A stretch of DNA of 64,000 nucleotides from the NCBI GenBank assembly GCA_009926305.1, contig RFPC01000003.1, positions 17,992 to 81,991 on the forward strand. The letters are read 5' to 3'. Positions 37,983 through 47,947 of this stretch are shown here, piece after piece. Positions within the stretch are counted from its first letter, which is position 1. Each line of letters starts with the position of its first letter. The stretch is from a bacterium. GTDB taxonomy: Bacteria; Bdellovibrionota_C; UBA2361; RFPC01. A program made the translations under genes and the position numbers. The notes beneath the pieces were generated by a model. The model was not told where the DNA came from. It was given only the letters and a program-made list of their open reading frames with translations, and made no database searches.

Positions 37983-39098
37983 ATGAGAAAGCTGACGGAA
38001 CTTTCTGTTGATGAAATAGCGAATTTTCATTCGACCTTAAATCAATTCTCTCTCGGCGGAGAAGTGAAAAGAATGTTTCGACTCTATCAGGGACATTTGC
38101 ATGAAACGTATGTCAGTGAAGTCCGCGTGGGTGAAAATACGAAGAAATATCTCCATCAAAAGATCAATACCACAGCGTTTGAGAATCCTGAACTCATGTT
38201 ATCCAACATCCAACGAATTTCTAAAGTGCTTAAAATGCATCCAGAACGAGAGTTTTCTGATTCTCTTACTTTGATTCCGACTGTTGATGATGAGCCCTAT
38301 CACTCTGATGGAAAGTTGTATTGGAGAACCTACAACTTTGTAGAAGATAGTATTTCCTATGACATCTGCCCCAATGATTCAAAGGGGTATGCTTTGGGGA
38401 ATGCGACAGGGGAGTTTTTGTATCTTCTCTCTGAGATGCCGTGCTCTGAAATCTATGATTACTCCCCAGATTTTCAGGACACATTCCGTAGATGGAGCGA
38501 GTTGCAAGAGGCTCTCAGTCAGGGGGTCCCCGAAAGGCTACAAACATCGAAATGTCTGTATGAGGAGATGCGGTCATTTGAGGAAGACGCACTTCAAATT
38601 CATAAGGCAGTCAAGGGGGGCAAACTGCGACAGCAAATTATCCACGGGGATACAAAAACAAATAACTTTCTCTTTCGGGAGAACTCTGACGAGGTGTTGT
38701 GTCTTGTTGATATAGATCTCTGTATGCCAGCAACACCACTATATGATATTGGAGATCTCCTGCGCAGTGCCTCGGCAGTCGGTCGTGAAGATGAGAGAGA
38801 CCTCTCACAGGTTGGGGTTGATAGCGGTATTATGGAGGCGGTGTTACGGGGGTTTTTATCCTCTCGTTTCGAGTTAACAGATGCCGAGAAATCACTCCTC
38901 TCATTTGCAGGCTTTACGGTTAGCTTTAATTTGACTGCCCGATTTTTGGCGGATTACTTGCGGGGCGATGTCTACTTTCCAGTGACTCGGCCAAATCATA
39001 ATCTTGAGCGGGCCCTTGCTCAATGGCGGGTAACAACCTGTCTGCACTCTTTTCGGTATGTTATTGAGGATCTTGTTGCATCCGCCCCACATTGTTGA
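37983..39098 (+). CDS. aminoglycoside-phosphotransferase-fold kinase (APH/choline-kinase/HSK-II-like)
   Basis: Brenner motif IHGDTKTNNFLF and LVDIDLCMP (DxD) in the catalytic and activation loops. Confidence 0.55.
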   Translation: MRKLTELSVDEIANFHSTLNQFSLGGEVKRMFRLYQGHLHETYVSEVRVGENTKKYLHQKINTTAFENPELMLSNIQRISKVLKMHPEREFSDSLTLIPTVDDEPYHSDGKLYWRTYNFVEDSISYDICPNDSKGYALGNATGEFLYLLSEMPCSEIYDYSPDFQDTFRRWSELQEALSQGVPERLQTSKCLYEEMRSFEEDALQIHKAVKGGKLRQQIIHGDTKTNNFLFRENSDEVLCLVDIDLCMPATPLYDIGDLLRSASAVGREDERDLSQVGVDSGIMEAVLRGFLSSRFELTDAEKSLLSFAGFTVSFNLTARFLADYLRGDVYFPVTRPNHNLERALAQWRVTTCLHSFRYVIEDLVASAPHC

Positions 39099-39205
39099 GT
39101 TTTTCATACTCAAAATGCCCTGCTTTGTTGTTCCTAGCCCCAAGGGGTGCTAGCCTTCGGGAGTAAATAGTCGTTTCATTTTCGACCAGGTAGGATAAGG
39201 ATACT

Positions 39206-40267
39206 ATGTTTGCCCTCCAATTTAAGAATGTTGCTCTAGATGCGCACGCGATTCAGTTGCCGGAATACGAGGTCACGTCAGCTGAAATTGAAGATCGGCT
39301 CGCTCCTCTCTATGAACGGCTGAACATCCCATTTGGAACGCTTGAGAAATTAAGCGGAGTGAAGACCAGAAGATTCTGGGATACGTCGGTTCTCCCCAGC
39401 CAAGCCGCAATCCCTGCAGTCAGGGAGGTATTAGAATCAATGACAGTGCCGCGGGAGAGTATCGGTGCAATCGTAAACTGTTCTGTAACGAGAGACTTCT
39501 TTGAACCTGGCACATCAACCATCATTCATAGAGAGCTGGAGCTGGGTGAGACCGTCCAAGCCTTTGATATTACCAATGCGTGTATCGGCTTTTCGAATGG
39601 GATTCAGATGCTTGGGCTCATGATCGAGCAGGGAGCTATTGAAGCCGGAATAGTTGTCTCTGCTGAAAATATTGCGTGTATCATTGAGTCCAGTATTCGT
39701 TACCTGCTTGAAAATGAACAACTGTCTCGGGAGGAAGTGATTAAGCTGCTTCCGACATTTACTCTTGGATGTGGAGCTGCAGCGGCAATAGTCACGAGAA
39801 GTGATCTTAGTGCTCACCCACACAAGATAGTTGGCTGTACCTCACGGAGCGCCTCCCAGCATAGTAATCTTTGTCAGGGGAATGCTGACTTCCACCTGGC
39901 GAGAGAAAACGGTTTAAATCCCATCATGCATACCGAATCTGGAGACTTAATAGTTGAGGCATCTAGACTGGGGAAAAGAATGTGGAGCGACTTCCATCAG
40001 ACTTTTCACTGGAATCGCGAAGAGATAAATCATATTTTTTGTCATCAGGTGGGCAAGCAAGTAAATAGAGCATTCTACGCTGAGATGGGATTAGATATGG
40101 AAAAGGAATTTACCACCTACCAACGCTATGGAAATCTCGTCTCTGCCTCTTTGCCGGCAGCCTTTTTTACTGGAGTAAAAGAAAAGGGAATAAATGCCAA
40201 AGAAAAGGTGTTGTTGACGGCGTTCGGTAGCGGATTAAATTCAATTTTTATGGGAATAGAGTGGTAA
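39206..40267 (+). CDS. oleA: FabH-like thiolase-superfamily condensing enzyme (OleA-type)
   Basis: 353 aa with the active-site Cys in ITNACIGFSNG and a C-terminal His/Asn region. Sits immediately upstream of the OleBC/OleD genes. Confidence 0.65.
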   Translation: MFALQFKNVALDAHAIQLPEYEVTSAEIEDRLAPLYERLNIPFGTLEKLSGVKTRRFWDTSVLPSQAAIPAVREVLESMTVPRESIGAIVNCSVTRDFFEPGTSTIIHRELELGETVQAFDITNACIGFSNGIQMLGLMIEQGAIEAGIVVSAENIACIIESSIRYLLENEQLSREEVIKLLPTFTLGCGAAAAIVTRSDLSAHPHKIVGCTSRSASQHSNLCQGNADFHLARENGLNPIMHTESGDLIVEASRLGKRMWSDFHQTFHWNREEINHIFCHQVGKQVNRAFYAEMGLDMEKEFTTYQRYGNLVSASLPAAFFTGVKEKGINAKEKVLLTAFGSGLNSIFMGIEW

Positions 40268-40465
40268 GTAAGACTTTCCTCCTTCCCTAGCTGTTATGGT
40301 TCCCTTTTTGTGTGCAGAGTGTGATGGCTTCATTTCGATTTTAGAGTTGAGGAGCTGTTACTCTTAGTCGTCAGTCGGAGTGCGTACTGGCATCTCCCCA
40401 ATATGGGGGCAGAGCATGATCGGTTCGAGTATTAATTGTTAGTAAAGTAGTTAAAGAGGCATACC

Positions 40466-43087
40466 TTGGAGCGGCACGTAACAAATTTTCCACCAGAACT
40501 CAGAGGGCTATTTCCGTTTGCATCGAAGTTTCTCACTGTAGCTGGTCACCGTATGCACTATGTGGATGAAGGTGAGGGGCCTGTGATTGTCCTTTTGCAT
40601 GGTAATCCCACGTGGTCTTTTTACTATCGTGAATTGATAGATTTGTTGCGAGGGAGTTTTAGAGTGATTGCCCCTGATTTCATTGGATTAGGGCTTTCTG
40701 ATAGGACGCCAGGAACTCGTTATCGGGCTAAAGATCGGATTGATCAGTTGGAGGAGTTCCTTAAGAAGTTAGAGGTCGAACAGTTCTCTCTTGTGATGCA
40801 TGACTGGGGTGGTTCAATTGGCACAGGGCTAGCCGTTCGCTACCCAGAGCGAGTTCAGCGAATAGTATATCTCAATACTACGTTGACAGAGACTGAAGCC
40901 TTACCGCCGTTGATTAAAATCGCGGCAACGCCCTTTATCGGGAAGTTCCTCACTCAGATAACCCGACAGTTTCTTCGCTTTACGACGGTTTTGGGCGTAT
41001 TTCACAAGTTGCCGAAGAATGTGAGAGCAGGATATTACGCTCCCTATAAATCTGTCGCACATAGGCGAGCTATCTGGGATTTCGTTGATGATATCCCCTT
41101 TGATTCAAGACATCCAAGTTACAAGACCATGATGGAGCTGGCAGAGAATATACATCTACTCGCTAATCATGAGGTTCAGATAATATGGGGATTAGCGGAT
41201 CCATGTTTTCATCGTGAAATGCTTACAAAAGTTGCTCGACATTTTCCGAGCGCAGAGATTATTGAGCTGGCGGAAGCCTCACACCTTGTGCTTGAAGATG
41301 CAAGAGAGGTTGCATTGCCGGCAATTAAAGGTTTTCTTGAATTCGGACGTGGTCGTTCCCAGATTCTCGAATCGACAAGTCATGATACAGAGCCAACAGA
41401 AGCAGGAAGCGTCCTTCGTGAAAGCTTTCATAGGCACTGTGAGGAGTTGGGTAACAAGCCAGCCGTTATAGAGCCTCTTTTTATAGGGGATCAAGTTCGT
41501 TATGGCCAAACCTCATTCCGTGAAATGAGAGATAGAATTTACAAGTATGAACGAGGGTTGACGGAGTTAGGACTCGAGCCCGGAGACAGAGTGCTAATGC
41601 TAGTACCGCCAGGAGCTGACTTTTTGGCTCTTACGTATGCCGTTATCGGTAGGGCTGCAATCCCTGTTTTCCTAGACCCTGGAATGGGAAAAGAGAATCT
41701 CTTCAAAGCCATTCGTGATATTAACCCCCATGTGCTGATTGGTTCTCCGAGAGCACAGCTTTTACGTCTTAAGCGGCGCGAGATTATGCCGCAGCTGAAG
41801 TTTCATGTAACTGCAAGTGATTGGATTTATACAGGTGGACCGAAGCTGAGTTACCTCAAGCGCTTTTCTGCCAAGCCCCTATCAGCACCAAGCCGGAGTT
41901 CGGATACTGTTTTTGTCGCATTTACCTCTGGCGCAACAGGTCGACCAAAAGGAGTGATATATACCAATACGATGCTAACTGCTCAGCTGAGAATACTTCG
42001 AGAGCACTTTGGAATCGAGCAGGGAAGACGGGACCTTCCCCTTTTACCAGTGTTTTCGTTATTCCATCTTGCCAATGGCGTGTGTAGTGTTTTTCCAAAC
42101 GTCGATCCCTCTCGGCCTATATCCCTTTCACCAGAGCGAATAGTAAAGATTGTCAACGATCTTGAAGTGAATTACTCGTTTGGCTCACCAACGTTATGGA
42201 AAAAGATAGCGGACTACGCTTTGAGAGCGAAACAAGACTTCCCATCACTTGAAAAGATTTTTATGGCTGGTGCGCCTGTCTCTGAAGAAGTTTCAGCCCG
42301 TGTATCTGAGCTACTACCACAGGGCAGGGTATACACTCCCTACGGCGCGACTGAGGCTCTTCCCGTAACCTTGGCGCCTGTGTCTGAGCTGCCGAGACCT
42401 ACGTCGCTTTACGACACTTCAGAGGAGTCTGACCGTACATCGTGTAACACTATTCAATTACATCATCCCGGATTATGCGTCGGTAAGCCTTTAACGGGAG
42501 TAGATGTCATAATTGTAGATCGACATCAGATGCGTGACTTAGGGGTTGTACAGCCCCTTCCGCCTCATGTTATCGGAGAGATATTAGTTAGCGGAGAAAA
42601 TGTAAGTGAGGAATATTTCGAGAATGCCGAGGCGAACTCTTCTTCGAAGTTCGTGTATGATAATAAGCGATGGCATCGGATTGGAGACGTAGGTTGCGTT
42701 GATAACGAAGGGTATCTTTTTTACAGTGGTCGCGTTGCGCATCTTGTAGAGACTCCAGATCAGACGTATTACAGTGTTCCAACGGAGATGATTTTCAACA
42801 CGATGACGAAAGTTCGCCGCAGTGCTCTTGTATCGTTGGGAGCGAGTGAAGAGCCGGGTATTGTGATTGAGCCGAATCCCGAGTTCTGGCCAGAGAGTGA
42901 TGAGGCTCGAAGGATTTTCTTGTCAGAGCTTGAGGATGTGGCTCAGAGCCATGCACTGACCAAGAAAATTAAATGGTTCTTCTTCCACCCAAACTTTCCC
43001 GTAGATGGTCGTCACAATGCAAAGATTTTTCGGGATCAACTCAGTTTATGGGCTCGTCAGTATACTGTGAAGCAAGAAGCGGCATGA
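40466..43087 (+). CDS. oleBC: fused alpha/beta-hydrolase (OleB-like, haloalkane-dehalogenase fold) + AMP-dependent synthetase/ligase (OleC-like beta-lactone synthetase)
   Basis: N-terminal VVLLHGNPTWSFYYR and the nucleophile elbow VMHDWGGSIG. C-terminal AMP-binding VAFTSGATGRPKGVIYTN and YTPYGATEA. Single 873-aa ORF. Confidence 0.75.
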   Translation: MERHVTNFPPELRGLFPFASKFLTVAGHRMHYVDEGEGPVIVLLHGNPTWSFYYRELIDLLRGSFRVIAPDFIGLGLSDRTPGTRYRAKDRIDQLEEFLKKLEVEQFSLVMHDWGGSIGTGLAVRYPERVQRIVYLNTTLTETEALPPLIKIAATPFIGKFLTQITRQFLRFTTVLGVFHKLPKNVRAGYYAPYKSVAHRRAIWDFVDDIPFDSRHPSYKTMMELAENIHLLANHEVQIIWGLADPCFHREMLTKVARHFPSAEIIELAEASHLVLEDAREVALPAIKGFLEFGRGRSQILESTSHDTEPTEAGSVLRESFHRHCEELGNKPAVIEPLFIGDQVRYGQTSFREMRDRIYKYERGLTELGLEPGDRVLMLVPPGADFLALTYAVIGRAAIPVFLDPGMGKENLFKAIRDINPHVLIGSPRAQLLRLKRREIMPQLKFHVTASDWIYTGGPKLSYLKRFSAKPLSAPSRSSDTVFVAFTSGATGRPKGVIYTNTMLTAQLRILREHFGIEQGRRDLPLLPVFSLFHLANGVCSVFPNVDPSRPISLSPERIVKIVNDLEVNYSFGSPTLWKKIADYALRAKQDFPSLEKIFMAGAPVSEEVSARVSELLPQGRVYTPYGATEALPVTLAPVSELPRPTSLYDTSEESDRTSCNTIQLHHPGLCVGKPLTGVDVIIVDRHQMRDLGVVQPLPPHVIGEILVSGENVSEEYFENAEANSSSKFVYDNKRWHRIGDVGCVDNEGYLFYSGRVAHLVETPDQTYYSVPTEMIFNTMTKVRRSALVSLGASEEPGIVIEPNPEFWPESDEARRIFLSELEDVAQSHALTKKIKWFFFHPNFPVDGRHNAKIFRDQLSLWARQYTVKQEAA

Positions 43088-44154
43088 GTGAAAAGAAAGA
43101 GGATTTTAAGGGAAAAACATTCCTCGTAACTGGAGGAGGTGGATTTCTCGGTAAAGCAATTGTTAAAGCGTTACTCGCTCGTGGTGCTGATGTTCGTAGC
43201 TTATCTCGTTCAACCTATGATGAGTTGGCGGACTTAGATGTAGTCCAATTTAATCATGATCTTGGTTCATCTGCCTCGTTGCCGAGTGAAGCTCTTTGTG
43301 GAGTGTCGGGTATTTTCCATACAGCGGCTTACGTTAAGATGTGGGGGAAGTATCAAGATTTTAGAGCAACCAATATCGAGGGAACGCGCAAATTAATAGA
43401 CTCGGCTCAAGAGGCTGGGGTAAAACGACTTGTATTTACGAGCTCACCTAGTGTAATTGCACGAGGTGCTTCTCTTTGCGGAGTAAATGAAAGCATCGCG
43501 TATCCAGATCATTACGAAGCATTTTATCCAGAGACGAAGGCTGAGGCTGAACGACTCGTTCTTGAATCTGATCAAGATAAACTTATGACGTGCTCTCTTC
43601 GTCCTCATTTAATCTTTGGACCGGGAGATACAAGCCTTACAAAGATGGTCGTGGCGAAAGGAAGAAGCGGTAGCCTCCGTCGAATTGGTAGTGGGAACAA
43701 CCTGGTAGATTTCTCCTACATTGAAGATTGTACTGAAGCGCATCTTCTTGCTATGACAGCTCTAGAGGAGAATCCGGCAAGCAGAGGGAGATCCTTTTTT
43801 ATCAGTCAGGGAGATCCATATCCGCTATGGAAGTGGATTGATCAAGTCTTAGAATATCACGACGTAAAAAGAGTCTCTCGTTCGGTCCCGTATCAACTTG
43901 CTCGTCGTTTGGCGGTATTCATGGAGTTTCTCAGCAAGACATTTCCAGTCTTAGGAGAGCCACGCCTAACACGTTTTCTTGTTGATGAGATGTATACAGA
44001 CCACTACTTTGATATAACAGCAGCTCAAGAGATTCTTGGATACAAACCAAGGTATACCGTTGATGAAGCTCTTATAAAGACCTTTGAGCAATCGAAAGAC
44101 AAACAGAGCTATTCAAATATCACCTCGGAGTTTATCAATACTCCGGTCGTATAG
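43084..44154 (+). CDS. oleD: NAD(P)-dependent short-chain reductase/3beta-HSD-family (OleD-like)
   Basis: Rossmann motif LVTGGGGFLGKAIVKALLARG and a YxxxK-type catalytic region. Its ATG at 43084 overlaps the oleBC stop (ATGA). Confidence 0.7.
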   Translation: MSEKKEDFKGKTFLVTGGGGFLGKAIVKALLARGADVRSLSRSTYDELADLDVVQFNHDLGSSASLPSEALCGVSGIFHTAAYVKMWGKYQDFRATNIEGTRKLIDSAQEAGVKRLVFTSSPSVIARGASLCGVNESIAYPDHYEAFYPETKAEAERLVLESDQDKLMTCSLRPHLIFGPGDTSLTKMVVAKGRSGSLRRIGSGNNLVDFSYIEDCTEAHLLAMTALEENPASRGRSFFISQGDPYPLWKWIDQVLEYHDVKRVSRSVPYQLARRLAVFMEFLSKTFPVLGEPRLTRFLVDEMYTDHYFDITAAQEILGYKPRYTVDEALIKTFEQSKDKQSYSNITSEFINTPVV

Positions 44155-44193
44155 AGCCTTATGCTATATGTGGAGCGGTTCATTGCTCAGGAG

Positions 44194-44559
44194 CTAGAAG
44201 TTAAGCCCACCTTGCAGGCTATCCCAAGCAAATACCTTTCCGGTTCCTTTGGGGTGAAAGGCACTGCCAGTAAACCCTGTGTCACCGGCAAGGATTTCGA
44301 TGTTGACTCCTTGTGAGAGACTAGAGACGCCAGGAAGGTTAGCGCAGGTTTCGTTTGAGCATGAAAGATACTGCTCTTCATCGAGAAAATATACTTCTTC
44401 GGCTATAGCGACGTTTCTAAGGTCACTCATCGCCCGCAAATCAAAACCCCGCGCCCGATAGTCGTTAAACTGAGGCACTGCAATAGCACTGAGAATTGCA
44501 ACGATTGTCATGGTGATCATAAGCTCTAGCAGCGTAAAACCGGAAGTTCTAGAATTCAT
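44194..44559 (-). CDS. prepilin-type N-terminal cleavage/methylation domain protein (type IV pilin/pseudopilin-like)
   Basis: MNSRTSGFTLLELMITMTIVAILSAIAVPQF is a class III signal peptide. 121 aa. Confidence 0.75.
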   Translation of the reverse strand: MNSRTSGFTLLELMITMTIVAILSAIAVPQFNDYRARGFDLRAMSDLRNVAIAEEVYFLDEEQYLSCSNETCANLPGVSSLSQGVNIEILAGDTGFTGSAFHPKGTGKVFAWDSLQGGLNF

Positions 44560-44947
44560 AGGATATGCCTTAGAAAATGAATGATTCTTTCTTTATTCGG
44601 CAGTAGGGGCAGTTGTGTTGCCTAATTCCTTAAATTGATAGCCATTCTGAGTTGCAGGCTGTCGCCTTATCTCCTTCAGTTGACGCTTTACATTTATAGT
44701 TTCTGCGCCGCTTTTCCTTGGAGTCACAGCATCGAAGGAAATATTTATTGGTATTAGCCATTGTTGATATGTTTTATCTCATGGATACATATTATGTTGT
44801 TATCTTGAAGTCGTTATACGGTAGCTATTGGAGGCTGGAAGAGCTCATAATAACTGCCTCGCATTGATATATATTCACTATGGTCCTCGTTCTTTTCGTG
44901 ATGAAAGATCGAAATGGAAAAGATAGCTGAGCTGGGGGAGGGAAGAA

Positions 44948-45466
44948 ATGACTGATATGATCGAGCCAATGGATGCCTATGAAATAATGAAGAATGATAC
45001 GAGTTGTCAGATTATTGATGTTCGAGAACCAGCTGAATTCCGGAGTTGCCATATTATAGGTGCTCGTAATATTCCACTGAGTAAACTTGAAAGTGGAGAC
45101 GAAGTTCTTGCAGGAGAAGGAAAACTCCTAATTTGTTGTCAACGAGGAATGCGAGCTGAACGAGCGTGTCAGATAGTTCGTGGAACAGCTGCTGAGACTG
45201 AAATGAGTGTCATAAGAGGCGGCCTGAACGAGTGGAAACAGAATGGCCTTCCTGTAGAAGAGGATTCCTCCGCGCCTATCGCTATGGAACGACAGGTGCA
45301 AATTGTTGCAGGTTCTTTAGTTGTCTTGGGTATTCTTCTTGGGGTTTTTGTCAATCAGTGGTTTCTCGCTCTTTCTGCATTTGTGGGATGTGGATTGGTT
45401 TTTGCTGGCGTAACAAACACGTGCGGAATGGCTATGCTCTTAAGGCGACTGCCTTATAACCATTAA
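44948..45466 (+). CDS. rhodanese-domain protein with C-terminal membrane anchor (YgaP-like)
   Basis: Rhodanese active-site loop LLICCQRGMRAE and a C-terminal hydrophobic DUF2892-like segment. Confidence 0.65.
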   Translation: MTDMIEPMDAYEIMKNDTSCQIIDVREPAEFRSCHIIGARNIPLSKLESGDEVLAGEGKLLICCQRGMRAERACQIVRGTAAETEMSVIRGGLNEWKQNGLPVEEDSSAPIAMERQVQIVAGSLVVLGILLGVFVNQWFLALSAFVGCGLVFAGVTNTCGMAMLLRRLPYNH

Positions 45467-45560
45467 CGTATGATAAGGGTCGCTTTCGCTCCCATCCTAT
45501 ACAGTCCGGCTCGGCAGTATTGAGTTTCAAGGACTGTGCATCATTAAATGTAGAATGCTC

Positions 45561-46172
45561 TTAAAGGTCTGGTGCACTGAGGGGTATCCAGCCCTCATCT
45601 TTGGCGTTATGAGCCATAATGGAGCTACTTTCAATGTCGTATATCCAGCCATGAAGGCAGAGCTCTTTACTTTCAATGCGCCCGCTAATGAAGTCGTATT
45701 GATTCAGGTGGTTGAGCTGATTGATTACATTTTGCCGGATGTGAGCTTCAAGACTGCCATCCTCATCAATATCAAAGTCTGATGAAGATTGGACAATCCA
45801 ATCATGAAGATGAGGAAGAGACTCTAATTTCTCAGGATTCAGCATCCCTTTCACTGCACCGCAATCAGAGTGTCCACAAACAATAATATGTTTAACACCG
45901 AGAACACTCACGGCAAATTCTATGGTGCCAATATCCCCGAGGTTGGCGTTGCTGCAACAGGGAACGATATTTCCCGCATTACGGATAGTGAAGACTTCAC
46001 CTGGCTTGTGCTGCAGGAATAGCTCAGGACTCACTCTTGAATCGGAACAGGTAATCAATAAAATCTCAGGCGCTTGCCCTTTCGCTAGTTCAACAAATTC
46101 TTCTTTCAGTTTTGGGTGCTCGTTTTCCAAGAAAGCGTGATGTCCTTTTACCAATTTTTTCATTGAATCCAT
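45561..46172 (-). CDS. beta-class carbonic anhydrase
   Basis: Zn ligands in ITCSDSRVSPE and HSDCGAVKG. Confidence 0.85.
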   Translation of the reverse strand: MDSMKKLVKGHHAFLENEHPKLKEEFVELAKGQAPEILLITCSDSRVSPELFLQHKPGEVFTIRNAGNIVPCCSNANLGDIGTIEFAVSVLGVKHIIVCGHSDCGAVKGMLNPEKLESLPHLHDWIVQSSSDFDIDEDGSLEAHIRQNVINQLNHLNQYDFISGRIESKELCLHGWIYDIESSSIMAHNAKDEGWIPLSAPDL

Positions 46173-46211
46173 CTGTTATATTCCTTTTTCAATAACGGTT
46201 CTTAACACATA

Positions 46212-47795
46212 TTATGCCGTGTGAAGCTCTATACTTGAATTTTGTCTATCCACTTCGCTGTTTAGGCTTTTGCGGGAAATTGGTTTCGACGAATTGGCAT
46301 AGTGATGCAGTTGATCCCACTCGAGATAAACTTTGCCCCCGGACTTCTCGTGTTGGTCTCCCCACTGCGTGAGTAGCTCCAAGCATGCGTGATCGATATA
46401 AGCGAGGTGGTGAAGGTGAACATGTAGTATCGCATCTGAAGGGATTTTTTCGAGAGTCTTTGCTAACGATGGGATACTGAGAAATGTTGCTGCTCCAACG
46501 AGTTCTAGGTTCAGTTCACTTCCCCCCTCTTCTGAAGTAAATACCTCAGCCTCAAGATGGGTCAGGCGGTAGAGAAGTTGGAACAGAGTAGCAGAGAAAC
46601 CGATGACTATACCCGTCAGGAGGTCGAAGGTGACAATTGATGCCACGGTCAAAACGAAAATCAAGACCTCCTCGCGCCCTTTTTCTCTCAGCTCTTCAAT
46701 AATTGCGATGTTAATCAGCTTCCATCCAATTACTACAAGGAGAGCAGCGAGGCTGGAGGTTGGTATAAAATTGAGGAGATTTGGAAGAAGCAATATGAAA
46801 GCGAGCAACCAGACACCGTGTAGGGTTGCTGACCATCTCGTCTTTGCACCCGCCCGTACGTTGGCAGAGCTTCTGACAATAACTCCCGTCATCGGAAGTG
46901 CTCCAAGGATCCCGCATAAGGTGTTCCCTATTCCCTGTGCGAGGAGTTCTCGATTATAGTCTGTGCGTACACCAGAATGAAGTTTATCAACGGCGGCAGC
47001 ACAAAGCAGGGTCTCGGCACTGGCAACAATTGCGATGCTAATTGCAAGAACCAGTAAACCGGGAGTCAGCAGTAATTCTAATGCTTGTTCTGTTGGAAGG
47101 ATCTCTACACTTCCAAGGAGGGAGTCTGGAATTTCTACGAACTTAACGCGGAGTGATGCTACTGATGCTAAGAGAGAGCCTCCGAAAACACCAATTAAGG
47201 CTCCTGGCACAAATTCAAAAGGTGGCTTTTTGATGCGGTCCCAGCCGGCTACAAGAAGAATGGTTACTATTCCGACCAGTGCCGCATCTGAAACTCCCCC
47301 TGTGCTAGGCCAGACGACTTTCCAAAAGGCCTCTGGAATGCCACTCAAATTATCAAGACCGCTTGCCCGAGGAGTAGCATCGAGCATGACATGAAATTGC
47401 GAACCAAAAATAAGAACTCCGATGCCAGACAGCATTCCATAGATAACGGTTGGGGACACCGCCCGAAAGATTTGCCCGCCGCCAAGCAGTCCAGCACCAA
47501 ACTGAAGTAGACCCGCCAACGCAACAGCAATTCCCAGTCCGAAAACTCCGAACTGTTCTACTACTTGCCAAACGATCACCACCAATCCCGCAGCTGGTCC
47601 GCTGACTTGCAATGGGCTTCCGGCAATCGGTCCAAGGATGATACCACCAATAATGCCAGTGATGAGACCCTTCTCTGGTGAGAGTCCAGAAGCGATGGCT
47701 ATTCCCATGCAGAGCGGTAAAGCGACAAGGAAGACGACGAAAGACGCCATGATTTCATTGATTGAAGAGATTTTATTGGGGGAAGATTTTTGCAT
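46212..47795 (-). CDS. SulP-family anion (sulfate/bicarbonate) transporter with C-terminal STAS domain
   Basis: A multi-TM core plus a C-terminal STAS domain. Co-oriented with and immediately upstream of the beta-CA gene. Confidence 0.8.
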   Translation of the reverse strand: MQKSSPNKISSINEIMASFVVFLVALPLCMGIAIASGLSPEKGLITGIIGGIILGPIAGSPLQVSGPAAGLVVIVWQVVEQFGVFGLGIAVALAGLLQFGAGLLGGGQIFRAVSPTVIYGMLSGIGVLIFGSQFHVMLDATPRASGLDNLSGIPEAFWKVVWPSTGGVSDAALVGIVTILLVAGWDRIKKPPFEFVPGALIGVFGGSLLASVASLRVKFVEIPDSLLGSVEILPTEQALELLLTPGLLVLAISIAIVASAETLLCAAAVDKLHSGVRTDYNRELLAQGIGNTLCGILGALPMTGVIVRSSANVRAGAKTRWSATLHGVWLLAFILLLPNLLNFIPTSSLAALLVVIGWKLINIAIIEELREKGREEVLIFVLTVASIVTFDLLTGIVIGFSATLFQLLYRLTHLEAEVFTSEEGGSELNLELVGAATFLSIPSLAKTLEKIPSDAILHVHLHHLAYIDHACLELLTQWGDQHEKSGGKVYLEWDQLHHYANSSKPISRKSLNSEVDRQNSSIELHTA

Positions 47796-47947
47796 GTATC
47801 TCAGTCTCCTGTTTCCGAATCATTCCGCATAAAGGACGTGTTGACGCCCGTAATCCTAACACAAATAATAATATGCATATATGCGAATATATGCAAATGA
47901 ATTAAGAAAAAATAGGCAACATATTGTAATACCTATCTTATTTCTCT

